From: Thermoplasmata archaeon
GTDB taxonomy: Archaea; Thermoplasmatota; Thermoplasmata; Lutacidiplasmatales; UBA184
DNA length: 64,000 bases
Direction of reading: 5' to 3'
NCBI GenBank assembly: GCA_022750055.1
Contig: JAKIWL010000002.1
Coordinates: forward strand, 21,042 to 85,041
Both the position numbers and the translations under genes were made by a program. Of the stretch, positions 1 through 10,205 are shown piece by piece (the stretch's first letter is position 1; each line of letters opens with the position of its first letter). The notes below the pieces were generated by a model. That model had not been told where the DNA came from. It did not search any database and saw only the letters and a program-made list of their open reading frames with translations.

Positions 1-1
1 G

Positions 2-3000
2 TCCAAATACTCGGCCTCGTACACGCTCTCGCCCTCCCTGGTGACGAACCAAACGACTTTCACGCCGTACTATCGGTCGAGCTGCGTCGACCTGTGCTAC
101 CTCAACTGGTCCATGCCGTTCGGACAGGGGTTTGGGGTCGACCTAGGGGCCGACGCCAGCACGCAATCGTTCAATAACTCCATCCAAACAGGGACCGGAC
201 CCATCTGGGTCGGCAGTCCCGAGTACTTCAACGGCTCCGGATATGGGGGGGACTTCTCTGACCTGGCCCTCGAATCCGCCTCGGGGGGTTGCAGTAACAC
301 GGGCACCACCAACGCATGCCCTCCCATCGGGTCGAACTGGGGCTATCCGTACTTCCAGTTCAACGGGACGCGCCTATTGTTCGGGTCGAGCTCGGACTAC
401 AACTGGACGACCCGTGACTTCGGCCAAGTGCTCGGGGAGTTCAGCACCGCCGGTCAGCCGAGCGATTTCGACCCGATGCAGATCGATGAGGTGCGAAACT
501 CGAGCCAGGTGGGGTATATCGCCTCCGGGAACCCCCTGATGGTCTCCGTTCGGGCCCAGGACCTGGGCTCGGTGTCGACCGTCAACCTGTCGTATACCCT
601 TCCGGACGGGACGGTCGGGACCGCCTCGATGTCTCGCACGGCGGGGAACGCCTCGTTCGGTGTGTACAACGCCTCCATCCCTACCACCGGCGGTGACGGC
701 ACGATCGTCTACTCGATTCTCGCGCGAAGCCATGCCGGGACCTCCGAACGGCTCCCGATCACGCCCCGAACGTATTTCTCCGTCGTGCGAGGTCCGATCC
801 CGCAATTCACGATCACGTTCTCGACGAACCCCTCCTCGTGCGGTACGATCGACTTCAATGGCCTCAACTACACGACCTTCCAGTCGGTGACCCTGCCGGC
901 CGCCCCCTACACCGCCAAGGCGCACCCGTGCTACCCCTACGTCTTCTCCTCGTGGAGCGCCCAGGGGATCGCCCTCGGCCCGGTGCTTCGGACCCAGCAG
1001 TCCCTCAAGGTCAACCTCACAGCGAACTCGACGTTGACCGCGAACTGGCGGTACATCCGGCCGTTCGACACGATCCACCTCGCCATCGACACGAACCACT
1101 GCGGGTCGATCTCGCTGAATAAGACCGTCTACAATGTCAACGCCACGGTCCGCCTGCTCGATGGATACACCTACGCGCTGTCGTACTCCCAGTGTGCCCT
1201 CAACGATTTCTCGGGCTGGGTCCCCTCCGACCCCGTCAACCTTTCGATCCTGGGCGGGGCCCCGAGCTCGAGTCTGACCCTTCACGGGAACGGGACGCTC
1301 GAGCTCACCTACCTCCCGCTCTCCTCGAATCCGCTCTCCCTCATCTTCGAGGTCCGCCCGGCGGCCTGCGGTGGGATTCTCTTCCGCGGGGCCGGCTACG
1401 TGAACGGGACCGCGGTCGCGGTCGCCTCCGGCGTCCAATACCCGATCGCGGCGGACCCGTGCAAGGGTTGGGGGCTCGACCACTGGAACGCGAGCGCCGG
1501 TCTCACGATCTCGGGGAACTACGTTACGGCCCTATCCACTGGGATCCTCACCGCGTACTACTACGAGGAGACGATCGTCACGATCGAGACCTACCCGAGC
1601 GGATGCGGGTACATGACGATCGACAACGTCGCGTATTATAACGGAAGCCAGGTCGTCGTGACCAACGGCTCGGTGTTCATCATCGCCGGATTCCCCTGCG
1701 CGGGGTACTACTTTTCCGGTTGGTACACCACGGGCGGGGTCTTCGTTTCTGGCGACAGCATGACCGTCTACGGCTCCGGCATCATCGAGGCGGTGTTCCA
1801 ACGCGGTACGAGGACCGATTTCGTCGCCTTCATCACGGCTCCGACGACCTGCGGCACGATCTCCTACAACGGGGTCAATCACTCTGGGAGCCAGTACATC
1901 GAGGTCCCGCCGCAGAGCATCGCCAAACTGGCGGCCAATGCCTGCGTCGGCTACGGATTCGTCAGTTGGTCGGTCGGCGGGGCCGGCATCACGATCGTGG
2001 GCAACACGGCCTATGTAAACGGGTCGGGTTCGATCACGGCGAACTTCCACCCGTTGGCCGCCGTCACGCTCCTGACCGCTCCCGCCGCGTGTGGGACGAT
2101 CGCCATCAACGGCGCCGCCTATCCGTCGGGGACCGTCGTCGAACTTCCGGCCCCGGACACCTTCCGCATCGCGGCGCAGCCGTGCGCCCACTATCGGCTC
2201 GCCTTCTGGACCTGGACCGTGGGCGCGAACATCGCGACCTCGAACGGCACCTTGTCGCTGTTCTCCACCTCCATCCTGCAGGCCCATTTCCAGCTGCAGG
2301 TCTATACGGTCGTCGTCGACATCGTCCCGTACAACTGCGGAGGCCTCGACCTATCGAACGGGGGGGCCCACAACGACTACACGAACAACACGACCGTCTC
2401 CACCGCCTTCGGCTACTACAACGTCACCGCCAAACCGTGCGCCGGCTTCCACCTCTTCCGTTGGTCGGTCGCGGGGGGTCTCACGCTGGTCTCCAACACC
2501 TCGAACACCACCGAGCTCCTCGTCGCGTCGTCCGGGAACCTGACGGCCCTGTATCAGGCGGTCTCCCCGATCCTGCACATCGCGGTCCCCTCCTCCGCCT
2601 ACGCCGGGACGACCGTGACGCTAACCGGGAACGTCACGACCCCGGTGCCCCCGTACACCTACACCTACGAATGGCTGTTCGGGGACGGCTCGAACGTGAC
2701 GACCCGCGACGGGTTCACGACCCACACGTACGCCCTCCGAGGGACCTACATCATCCACGTCAAGGTCATCGACCCGTATCATCGGACCTCGAACGCGACC
2801 GCCACGATCTCCGTGGTGGGCCAGAGCACCTCCGCGATCGCCGGGATCGGGGTCGCCGGCTACCTCGCCATCGCCATCGCCGTCGTCGCGGTGGGGGTCG
2901 CCCTCTATCTGGGACGTCGCCGTCCGGGCGAATCCTCCCCCTCGGAAGGGGGGGTGTCAACCCCCAAGCCTTCAAGTCCTCCTCCGGATATCCTCCCGTC

Positions 3001-3031
3001 CGAAGGCAGTCCCGGAGCGGTCAAACCATGA
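2..3031 (+). CDS. Large cell-surface glycoprotein, 5' partial. About 7 tandem ~95-aa Cys-pair repeats, a C-terminal PKD domain, then a TM anchor and Pro-rich tail.
   Basis: Reading frame is open from window position 2, so the first in-frame GTG at 41 is probably internal. Dozens of N-x-S/T sequons. Repeats carry C-G-x-I...P-C-x-G-Y-x-F-x-G-W motifs, e.g. PCAGYYFSGWYTTGG. PKD signature YEWLFGDGSNVT...HTY. C-terminal TM AIAGIGVAGYLAIAIAVVAVGVALYL followed by RRRPGE and a P/S-rich tail. Stop overlaps the next start (ATGA). Confidence 0.75.
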   Translation, partial: SKYSASYTLSPSLVTNQTTFTPYYRSSCVDLCYLNWSMPFGQGFGVDLGADASTQSFNNSIQTGTGPIWVGSPEYFNGSGYGGDFSDLALESASGGCSNTGTTNACPPIGSNWGYPYFQFNGTRLLFGSSSDYNWTTRDFGQVLGEFSTAGQPSDFDPMQIDEVRNSSQVGYIASGNPLMVSVRAQDLGSVSTVNLSYTLPDGTVGTASMSRTAGNASFGVYNASIPTTGGDGTIVYSILARSHAGTSERLPITPRTYFSVVRGPIPQFTITFSTNPSSCGTIDFNGLNYTTFQSVTLPAAPYTAKAHPCYPYVFSSWSAQGIALGPVLRTQQSLKVNLTANSTLTANWRYIRPFDTIHLAIDTNHCGSISLNKTVYNVNATVRLLDGYTYALSYSQCALNDFSGWVPSDPVNLSILGGAPSSSLTLHGNGTLELTYLPLSSNPLSLIFEVRPAACGGILFRGAGYVNGTAVAVASGVQYPIAADPCKGWGLDHWNASAGLTISGNYVTALSTGILTAYYYEETIVTIETYPSGCGYMTIDNVAYYNGSQVVVTNGSVFIIAGFPCAGYYFSGWYTTGGVFVSGDSMTVYGSGIIEAVFQRGTRTDFVAFITAPTTCGTISYNGVNHSGSQYIEVPPQSIAKLAANACVGYGFVSWSVGGAGITIVGNTAYVNGSGSITANFHPLAAVTLLTAPAACGTIAINGAAYPSGTVVELPAPDTFRIAAQPCAHYRLAFWTWTVGANIATSNGTLSLFSTSILQAHFQLQVYTVVVDIVPYNCGGLDLSNGGAHNDYTNNTTVSTAFGYYNVTAKPCAGFHLFRWSVAGGLTLVSNTSNTTELLVASSGNLTALYQAVSPILHIAVPSSAYAGTTVTLTGNVTTPVPPYTYTYEWLFGDGSNVTTRDGFTTHTYALRGTYIIHVKVIDPYHRTSNATATISVVGQSTSAIAGIGVAGYLAIAIAVVAVGVALYLGRRRPGESSPSEGGVSTPKPSSPPPDILPSEGSPGAVKP

Positions 3032-6000
3032 GAAACGCGAACCCAGGAATGGCGCAGAGCCCCTCGACGAACCCTGCGGTCTCGGCCCCGGATCGGGTGC
3101 CGCGGCACGGTCTCGCGGGCGCCGTCCTGCTCGTCGTGCTGGTGGGACTGTTCGTCGGTTCGAACTTCTCCGGTTTCCTTACCCCGGGGTCCACTTCCGC
3201 GGGGGTCCCTCTTTCCCATCCCGGTCTTCAACGGTTCACCGCTGGGTCCCCTCTCAACCCGACGACGGGCACGGCCGTGGTCACGGCTGGGCCCTCGGCC
3301 GGCCCGCACTCCTCTGGATTGGCGAGACTCGTCATCCCTAGCCGGACCGCCCAATTGGAACGGTTGCTTCCTGCCCCCCTCGGCGGGAGCCAACTGAATG
3401 CCCCGCCGGTTCGTCCCTCCGGTGCGTCGACCGCCTCGAACTGGTACTTGAACAGCTACGCCCAACCCGGGACTACGATCCAAGTGGGTCCCTCGAATCG
3501 GTCGCTCGCGAACGCGGCTTTCGATTCCGCCGACCTACTGAACATCAGTACCGGTTCGACCTTCTACACGACGCATGGATTCGTCGGGGTCTCGGTGAGC
3601 TCCAACGGGGGCGCCACTTGGACCACGAACTGGCCCGGCCAGAACGCTGCTTGGTCGACGACGGGCAACGTGAACTACGGCGACGTCCTGGGCGGTCCTG
3701 TGCTCAACCCGGATTACACCGGGGGGGTCGACCCGAACATCATCACGCAATTCTATGGCTTCACGCCGGTGAACCCGGCGATCGCCTCGACGCCGACCGC
3801 CTCTTCGACGGTCCTGGTCGCGCCATTCATCCCGTACTGCTTTGAGTACTTCACGAGCGCCTGCCCGGTATCGACCTACGCCACGGCCTCCGGGATCGCG
3901 GGGGTCCGGTCGGCGAACGGCGGGACGACCTGGGGTGCTCCGATCCCGATCGAGTCCCAGCCGTTCTACCATACCTACGCGGTCGCCGCCTGCGGGAACT
4001 ATCCGGCGAACACCTACATCGTGCCGGACGTCCAGGTCTCGAGCCTCGGTGCGGCCATGAGCACGTACGGGGACGCCTACGCGGCCTTCAGCGTGACCGG
4101 GTTCGACTACTACGGGTCGACGTATCTGATCTGCAACACCACGGTGACCCCGAACGTACTCCAGTACAACTGGGCAGGGATCACCTTCTCCACCGAGGTC
4201 GCGGTCAGCATCAACGGCGGGACGAGCTGGGGCGCGCCGCACACCGTCGCGTTCTTCAACTGGACCGGGGCGAACCTCGCGACCGGCATCCCGTACAACC
4301 CCCTCTTCGATGGAGTGAATGTCGCGATCGGTCCCGCCCCCGCGGAGACCGCCTACGTCACCTACAGCGACCTCGTCAACGGGACCGCGTTCGGCAATAC
4401 CGCGATCGGCCTGGTGACGACCTCCAACAACGGTACTTCGTGGACCGCTGCGGGAGACATCCCGGCGCTCCTCCCTAATGTGGTCCGCGCCTCGGGTTCG
4501 AACTGGCTATACAACTTCTCCACCCCTGTGATCGCCGCGGACAACTGGAGCGGATCGACCTACAAGGGCCATCTCTACCTCACCTGGGCGGATAACCGCA
4601 CCACGACGCAGGTCTCCGGCTACCCGAGCATCGCATTCAGCTCGAGCTCGGGGGCAGGCTGGTCGTCGCCCACCTTCCTCTCCCCCAACACCCCCACCTC
4701 GACCCAATACGTGGACCCGTCGGTCAGCGTCGGGCCGACCGGTACGGTTTGGGTGAGCTACTACGGTTCGAATCCATCGAACGGGAACTACCACCTGTTC
4801 GGGGCCTACTCGACCGATGGCGGGGCCACCTGGTCCGATCAGTTCGTCATATCCGACACCGTGAGCGCGCCGGGCTCGACGACGACGGCGATTCCCATCT
4901 ACGGGGCGACCTCCATTGCGGCGACGAGCGCGGGAGCGTACGTCAGCTGGGAGGACTGCCGGGCCGCGAACTGCGCGCTCGGGGGGAACGCAACGACGTA
5001 CCTCGCACTCGTCCATCCCGTCTTGATCACCTCTAACGCCGCGGGCATCAGCGCCACCGTCTCGGTCGGCGGGGTTCAATCAGTCTACCCGCTCCCGGCC
5101 TCGACCGGCTGGGATACGAACCTCACTGTAACGGTCTCAGTGCCGAACTGGGTCGCGACCCCGAACGGTACGTACATCGAAGAGTTCGCCTCGTTCAGCG
5201 GCGCGGTGGCCTCGGCCTCGAACCCCGTGTCGTTCACCTATGCGGGCGGGGCGCTCACCGTTCACTACGTGCTGACGCCAGGCTCTTGGATCATCGGTTC
5301 GATCCGACCGATGATCCCCGGCGCTCGTCTGACGATCGTGGAGATCTCGACGAGCCAGGCCGTCGCGGCGACGCTCATGCCGGGCACGGGCCAGTTCACC
5401 TACAACGTGACGGTTCCCGGGAGCCAGAGCTACACGGTCACGGCCTCGGCCCCTAAGTACCAGACCCAGTCCCAGACGGTCGGGACGACGAACCTCAAAG
5501 AGAAGGCGGCGAACTTTACGCTCGTGAAGACGGACGGATGGATCGCGGGAGCGATCTCCTCCTCGACGGGGGCTGCCGGCCTCGCCGTCGCCGTCCTGAC
5601 GGTGAACGACACGCCGGTCGCTTTCAACAAGACGACCGGACGGTTCAACGTCACGGAAGCGTGGGGCTGCTTCTACGTCAACCTGACCTCGAACCCAACG
5701 AGCCTGTACCTCGGCACGAAGCAGAACACCTGCGGAACGCAGGTGCTCCCGGGCACGACTTCGACATTAAGGCTCAGCCTGAAGGGGGCCTGGATCAACG
5801 GGACGATCACGCCGTACCCCGTGACGGTCACGATCAACGGGGTCGTCGTCGGCCTGAACGTCACGGGGAACACGGCCCAGTGGGTGGACGCTCTGGCGGG
5901 CGGCACCTACACGATCGCGGCGTCGCAGCCCGGTTACTCGTTCTTCAGCACGACGTATACGGTGCCGGCCGGGACGAGCCTCAACCTGACCGGCTCCAAG

Positions 6001-6546
6001 GGGATCGTCCTCACCGACCGGGGCACGATCGAAGGGATCATCGCGCCTCCGTCGAACAATGGACACGTTCCCTCGCTCACGATCAACGGGGCCACCGAGA
6101 GCATCCTGACGACAGGGTCGTACTCGGTGAGCGAGCCGGGGTCATCCAAGCTCTACGCGATGGTGGTCAAGCTGAGCGGCTATGACTCTGCCTACCGAAA
6201 CGTGACGGTGAATCCGGGAAACAACACCTGGGTCAACATCACGCTCAACCTGACGATCCAAAAGGGTTGCCAGGCGACGAACAGCTGCCCACCCCCGACC
6301 TGCCAGACCAATGCCTCCCTGTGCGTCAAGACCTCCACGGCCCTCTCGCCGCTCGTGTACGTCGGGATCGGGGTCATCATCCTGCTCGTCGTGGTGATCG
6401 CGGCGGTCATGTTGATGCGGCGAGGCAAGGGCGGGTCCGGCATGCCCGCCCCCGGCGCGCCGATGATGGGGGAAGCCCCGCCTCCCCAGACACCCATGGA
6501 GCTCAGTCCCGATGGCGGGACGACGGAGCCCCCCGCCTCCCCGTAG
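3028..6546 (+). CDS. BNR/Asp-box repeat cell-surface glycoprotein (sialidase-like beta-propeller) with N-terminal signal anchor, C-terminal TM and Pro-rich tail
   Basis: True start is the ATG at 3028 (MRNANPGMAQS...). The ORF track's upstream extension from 1720 is an unrelated, Arg-rich frame overlapping gene 1. At least five S-x-D-x-G-x-T-W Asp-box motifs: SSNGGATWTT, SANGGTTWGA, SINGGTSWGA, TSNNGTSWTA, STDGGATWSD. Many sequons. C-terminal TM LVYVGIGVIILLVVVIAAVMLM followed by RRGKGG and a Pro-rich tail. Confidence 0.8.
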   Translation: MRNANPGMAQSPSTNPAVSAPDRVPRHGLAGAVLLVVLVGLFVGSNFSGFLTPGSTSAGVPLSHPGLQRFTAGSPLNPTTGTAVVTAGPSAGPHSSGLARLVIPSRTAQLERLLPAPLGGSQLNAPPVRPSGASTASNWYLNSYAQPGTTIQVGPSNRSLANAAFDSADLLNISTGSTFYTTHGFVGVSVSSNGGATWTTNWPGQNAAWSTTGNVNYGDVLGGPVLNPDYTGGVDPNIITQFYGFTPVNPAIASTPTASSTVLVAPFIPYCFEYFTSACPVSTYATASGIAGVRSANGGTTWGAPIPIESQPFYHTYAVAACGNYPANTYIVPDVQVSSLGAAMSTYGDAYAAFSVTGFDYYGSTYLICNTTVTPNVLQYNWAGITFSTEVAVSINGGTSWGAPHTVAFFNWTGANLATGIPYNPLFDGVNVAIGPAPAETAYVTYSDLVNGTAFGNTAIGLVTTSNNGTSWTAAGDIPALLPNVVRASGSNWLYNFSTPVIAADNWSGSTYKGHLYLTWADNRTTTQVSGYPSIAFSSSSGAGWSSPTFLSPNTPTSTQYVDPSVSVGPTGTVWVSYYGSNPSNGNYHLFGAYSTDGGATWSDQFVISDTVSAPGSTTTAIPIYGATSIAATSAGAYVSWEDCRAANCALGGNATTYLALVHPVLITSNAAGISATVSVGGVQSVYPLPASTGWDTNLTVTVSVPNWVATPNGTYIEEFASFSGAVASASNPVSFTYAGGALTVHYVLTPGSWIIGSIRPMIPGARLTIVEISTSQAVAATLMPGTGQFTYNVTVPGSQSYTVTASAPKYQTQSQTVGTTNLKEKAANFTLVKTDGWIAGAISSSTGAAGLAVAVLTVNDTPVAFNKTTGRFNVTEAWGCFYVNLTSNPTSLYLGTKQNTCGTQVLPGTTSTLRLSLKGAWINGTITPYPVTVTINGVVVGLNVTGNTAQWVDALAGGTYTIAASQPGYSFFSTTYTVPAGTSLNLTGSKGIVLTDRGTIEGIIAPPSNNGHVPSLTINGATESILTTGSYSVSEPGSSKLYAMVVKLSGYDSAYRNVTVNPGNNTWVNITLNLTIQKGCQATNSCPPPTCQTNASLCVKTSTALSPLVYVGIGVIILLVVVIAAVMLMRRGKGGSGMPAPGAPMMGEAPPPQTPMELSPDGGTTEPPASP

Positions 6547-6637
6547 GGTGGCCCGAGGGTCCCGGCACCGCCGGGACGGTCAACCCCCCTTCTCCGCCCG
6601 CGGCGAGGGAGCTCGAATTCGACCGCGAGGGATCACC

Positions 6638-9600
6638 GTGGCGACGGCCGTGGCGCTCGCGATGCTGATGGCCGTGCCGATCGCCTCCCTGACGGGCTTT
6701 GGTCCTCTTCGATCCGTCGGGTCCCACTCGTTCACCAGCGCCCAGCCCCCGACCCGCATGAGCTCGGCTTTGTCTCTTGCCTCGCCAGCCCCCCGGAGTC
6801 CCACTCCCCTCATGGCGGTCGATTGCGCGGCGCTCTCGTCCTCGTGGGGCATCCTCTACGGGTCGGGACCGGCCCCACCGGCGGTCTCCGGCTCGAACGA
6901 GTCGGGTTGCGTCCCCGGCCCGGATGAAGAAGGCGTGACCCTCGTCTCGAACCAGACCGGTTCGGCCTCCCGATTCGAGCTCTCGATCTCGCTGCCGTCG
7001 AGCGCGTCGAGCTCCCCGAGCTCCCTTTCCGAGTTTTGGATCTCGCTTTCCGTGAGCGGGTTGCCGTGCTCTCTCGACGGTCAGTCCGTCCTTCGGATCG
7101 ACCTCGCTCCGCCGGGAAGCACCCTCGGGGCGCCCGGCGGGTGGGCCCTAAGGGCGCCCGTATGGGGACTCGACCCCGCCGGTTCCTGCGACCCGCGGTG
7201 CGAGAACACGACCGCCTTGTATGACCTCGGCGGCATCCCCTTCTGCCTGGACAATACCATCGTGCGAGGGATGGGGTCCTCGGGAGGACCGGTGCCGGTC
7301 TTCGCGCCGGGCGACGCCCTTCGGATCACGGTGACGAACGGCAGCGGCATGGGCCTGACGGTCTACGCGAACGACACGACCCGTCCCGTCCTCTCGACCA
7401 TCTGGTCCTACCCGTTAGGCGCACTCCTCGACGGTGGACGGGTCGAGCCGTTCCGATCGGTCGCCGCGCCGAACTCGGGCTGGCTCTTCGGTGGGAGCCT
7501 CGGGTTCGGCTGGACGAACTGTCCCTGGGTGAATGCCTCCGGAGCCCCATCGTGCGACAGCTACGACGGAGCGGCGCAAGCCTCCCTGTCGTATCCGACC
7601 GTGACGAACTCGACGTTCTGGAACGCATCCGCGAACTCGTATAGGCTGCGATATTCGCTCTACGACCCCTGGTCGAGCTCGGGGGCGTGCCAAGGCAACG
7701 CCAATCTGACCGCCTGCCACGACTACCAGGGGAACGGCGGAATGGGCGTCTATCCGTCGATCCATGTGTCTGCGCTCAACGGCTCCACCTGGGTCGAATA
7801 CGGGACGAACACCACCCAGCGGGTCGGTCCGCTTTCGGCGCAGCCGGCCGGATTCGCCTCGGACGGCTCGGCCCCGCCGAACGACCCTGCGATCCTCGGA
7901 GCGTTGAGCCTTTCGTCCAATGCGACCGCGATCGTCCTGAGCGCGCGCGCGACGGACCCGCGGGGCATCGGCTACGTCGAGTTCACCGGACTTTGGTGTT
8001 TCGCCGGCGGCGGGAGCACGGCCCCTACCCCCCTCGACCTCAACGGATCGAAGTCCGCAGGTTCGGCGAACGGCTCCCAGGACGCCTTCTGGACCGCCCA
8101 GTTCCCGAGGGGAAACGCCAACACGGGGGGCACCTTCTACTATTCCGCCGTCGAGCACTACACGGCTCTGGACGCGGGCACCTCGACGGTCTTCGCCAAG
8201 GCCTCCCTTCCCTCGGGGGGGTTATTCTGCAACCCGCCCCTCGCTCCGCCGGTCGTCCCGATCCGGGCGGTTGCGATCTCGCAAGGCTACCAGGTCGAGT
8301 GGTCGTACCCGACCCAGGAGGATGGCTATCTGAGGAACTATTCGATCGTGGCCACCCCGACGGGCGGACCGTCGGTCGTGGTCCCGATCCCTGTGACCCC
8401 CACCGCCTCGAGCCTCCACAACGGCCGCATCACGGGCCTGTCGACCGGGTCCTACACCCTGTTCGTGCACTCCACGCAGGTGAACGGCGTCCTAGGTCCG
8501 ACGGCTCCGGGCGGTCTCGCCGGCGCCCCGACCCTGGCCCAGCTGGCCGTCAACCTCACGGCCACGGCCCGGGAGCTCGTGCAGCCGACCGACTCGGACA
8601 CCTTCAACGCGACGGCGCTCGGTGGTGCGGGCCCGTATTCCTTCACCTTCTCGTTCGGGAACGGAACGACCCTGAGCTTGTTGTCGCGGCCTTCCGGCGT
8701 CTCGACCCTGCATCGCTTCCCGACCTACCTCGGAGAGGCCCGGGTCGAGCTGACCGTGAACGACTCCGTCGGGGACGTCGCCGTGGTGACCCCGCTGTAC
8801 GTCGACGTACGCGCCACTCCCGATGGCGTCCCGCTCTCTCTCTCGACCGGCGATGCCCGGGTCGGGTTGGCCTGGTCCCCCCCGGTCTCGACGACCGCTG
8901 CGGTGACCCGCTACGTCGTCTTCTACTCGCAGTCGGCCCTCTCGCTTGCGGTGTTCACGGCCGCGTGGCCATCGAACAGCTCGACCGCCCAACCGGTCTT
9001 CGTCTGGAACACAACGCGGACCGGTTTCAATTTCAGCGCCTCCAACGGTGCGACCGTCTACGCGGAGGTGATCGCCTGGGATTCCTTCGGACCCGGACTC
9101 GCGCCCGTCGGGGGACCCTCCCTCGGGGTACCGACCCCCTTCGTCCTCACCGGGTTCGGACCGTCTCCCGGTACCGCCTATGGGGGGGCCCCACCGTTCA
9201 CGGCGACGCTCTCCGCGTCGACGACTGAAGGGACCGCGAACCCGCTTTCGAGCGGGATCTTCACCGTCAGCGAGCTAGCGCCCGTCGCGCGCCTGCTCCC
9301 CATCTCGGTGGCAGCCACGCTCAGCGGCATCCAGAACTCGACCGTAAGCTGGGGCTGGGCGAACGGGTCGATCCTGTTCAACGCGACCGGGACCTTCCTG
9401 GTCCAGCTCCACGTGGGCGACGCGTTCTCCGACCCCGAGCTGATCCCATCGGTGGAGATCTACGTCGGGACCGGGGCACCCCCGACCGCCACGATCTCGA
9501 TCTCGGCTCTGACGCCGGTCCCCTTCGCCGGGACGCCCGTTGACTTCCGCGGCACGGCGAGCGGAACGCCGGGACCGTACACCTTCAGTTGGCAGTTCGG

Positions 9601-10189
9601 AGACGGCAACAGCTCCCCCAACGTGGGCCCGTCGCCCTCCCACCGGTACGCGATCGCCGGGGTGTATACCACGGTGCTCACCGTTACCGACAACGAAACC
9701 GGAGGCAGTGTCGCGGTGTCCGAGTCGGTCGCCGTGAACGCGTACCCGATCGTGCGGATCTCGGCGAGCGAGGGCCGCAACGGGGCCCTCGCCTGGACGT
9801 TCCAGACGATCGAGATCGGCGGCTCGGGGCCCCCCCAGGTCGCCTGGACGTACGGGGACGGGACGAGCGGGAGCGGGCGCGAGTCCAACCACACCTACGC
9901 GAACCCGGGTGAGTACACGGTGCGCGTCACGGTCGCCGATCCGGCGGGGATCCCGACGGTGTCGAGCAACCTGACGATCTACGCGGGCCTCCCCAGGTCG
10001 ACCCAATCCTTCGCCCAGTCGGCGGCCGCGATCGGCCTCATCCTCATCCTTTCGATCGGGATCCTCGTCCTCGCGGTCCTCACGGTCCTGTTCTTCCGTC
10101 GGTCCCGTCCGCCTGCTCCCTCGACGGCGACGACGATGGCCACCTACGCTAAGGAACGGAGCCCCCCGCCCAGGGATCCGGTCGAATAG
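6638..10189 (+). CDS. PKD-domain cell-surface glycoprotein with signal peptide, C-terminal TM and tail
   Basis: Start is uncertain: ATG 6512, GTG 6638 or ATG 6662, all in frame. The hydrophobic signal ITVATAVALAMLMAVPIASL follows 6638. PKD-type motifs: GPYSFTFSFGNGTT, GPYTFSWQFGDGNSSPN, WTYGDGTSGSGRESNHTYANPGEYTVRVTVAD. Many N-glycosylation sequons. C-terminal TM AAAIGLILILSIGILVLAVLTVLFF followed by RRSRPP. Confidence 0.75.
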   Translation: MATAVALAMLMAVPIASLTGFGPLRSVGSHSFTSAQPPTRMSSALSLASPAPRSPTPLMAVDCAALSSSWGILYGSGPAPPAVSGSNESGCVPGPDEEGVTLVSNQTGSASRFELSISLPSSASSSPSSLSEFWISLSVSGLPCSLDGQSVLRIDLAPPGSTLGAPGGWALRAPVWGLDPAGSCDPRCENTTALYDLGGIPFCLDNTIVRGMGSSGGPVPVFAPGDALRITVTNGSGMGLTVYANDTTRPVLSTIWSYPLGALLDGGRVEPFRSVAAPNSGWLFGGSLGFGWTNCPWVNASGAPSCDSYDGAAQASLSYPTVTNSTFWNASANSYRLRYSLYDPWSSSGACQGNANLTACHDYQGNGGMGVYPSIHVSALNGSTWVEYGTNTTQRVGPLSAQPAGFASDGSAPPNDPAILGALSLSSNATAIVLSARATDPRGIGYVEFTGLWCFAGGGSTAPTPLDLNGSKSAGSANGSQDAFWTAQFPRGNANTGGTFYYSAVEHYTALDAGTSTVFAKASLPSGGLFCNPPLAPPVVPIRAVAISQGYQVEWSYPTQEDGYLRNYSIVATPTGGPSVVVPIPVTPTASSLHNGRITGLSTGSYTLFVHSTQVNGVLGPTAPGGLAGAPTLAQLAVNLTATARELVQPTDSDTFNATALGGAGPYSFTFSFGNGTTLSLLSRPSGVSTLHRFPTYLGEARVELTVNDSVGDVAVVTPLYVDVRATPDGVPLSLSTGDARVGLAWSPPVSTTAAVTRYVVFYSQSALSLAVFTAAWPSNSSTAQPVFVWNTTRTGFNFSASNGATVYAEVIAWDSFGPGLAPVGGPSLGVPTPFVLTGFGPSPGTAYGGAPPFTATLSASTTEGTANPLSSGIFTVSELAPVARLLPISVAATLSGIQNSTVSWGWANGSILFNATGTFLVQLHVGDAFSDPELIPSVEIYVGTGAPPTATISISALTPVPFAGTPVDFRGTASGTPGPYTFSWQFGDGNSSPNVGPSPSHRYAIAGVYTTVLTVTDNETGGSVAVSESVAVNAYPIVRISASEGRNGALAWTFQTIEIGGSGPPQVAWTYGDGTSGSGRESNHTYANPGEYTVRVTVADPAGIPTVSSNLTIYAGLPRSTQSFAQSAAAIGLILILSIGILVLAVLTVLFFRRSRPPAPSTATTMATYAKERSPPPRDPVE

Positions 10190-10205
10190 CGCCCGAGCGG
10201 CGCCA

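Noticed and set aside
1720-3027. 5' part of the track ORF 1720..6546 (and likewise 38826..39755, 30681..30785, 29238-side extension of cca to 31613, 13487..13630, 13459..13659, 21393..21638, 21941..22249, 57679..57771, 62575..62655)
   Set aside because: These are upstream in-frame extensions before the first plausible start. The translated extensions are junk, overlap the preceding gene, and trimmed starts coincide with conserved N-termini and/or NTGA overlaps.
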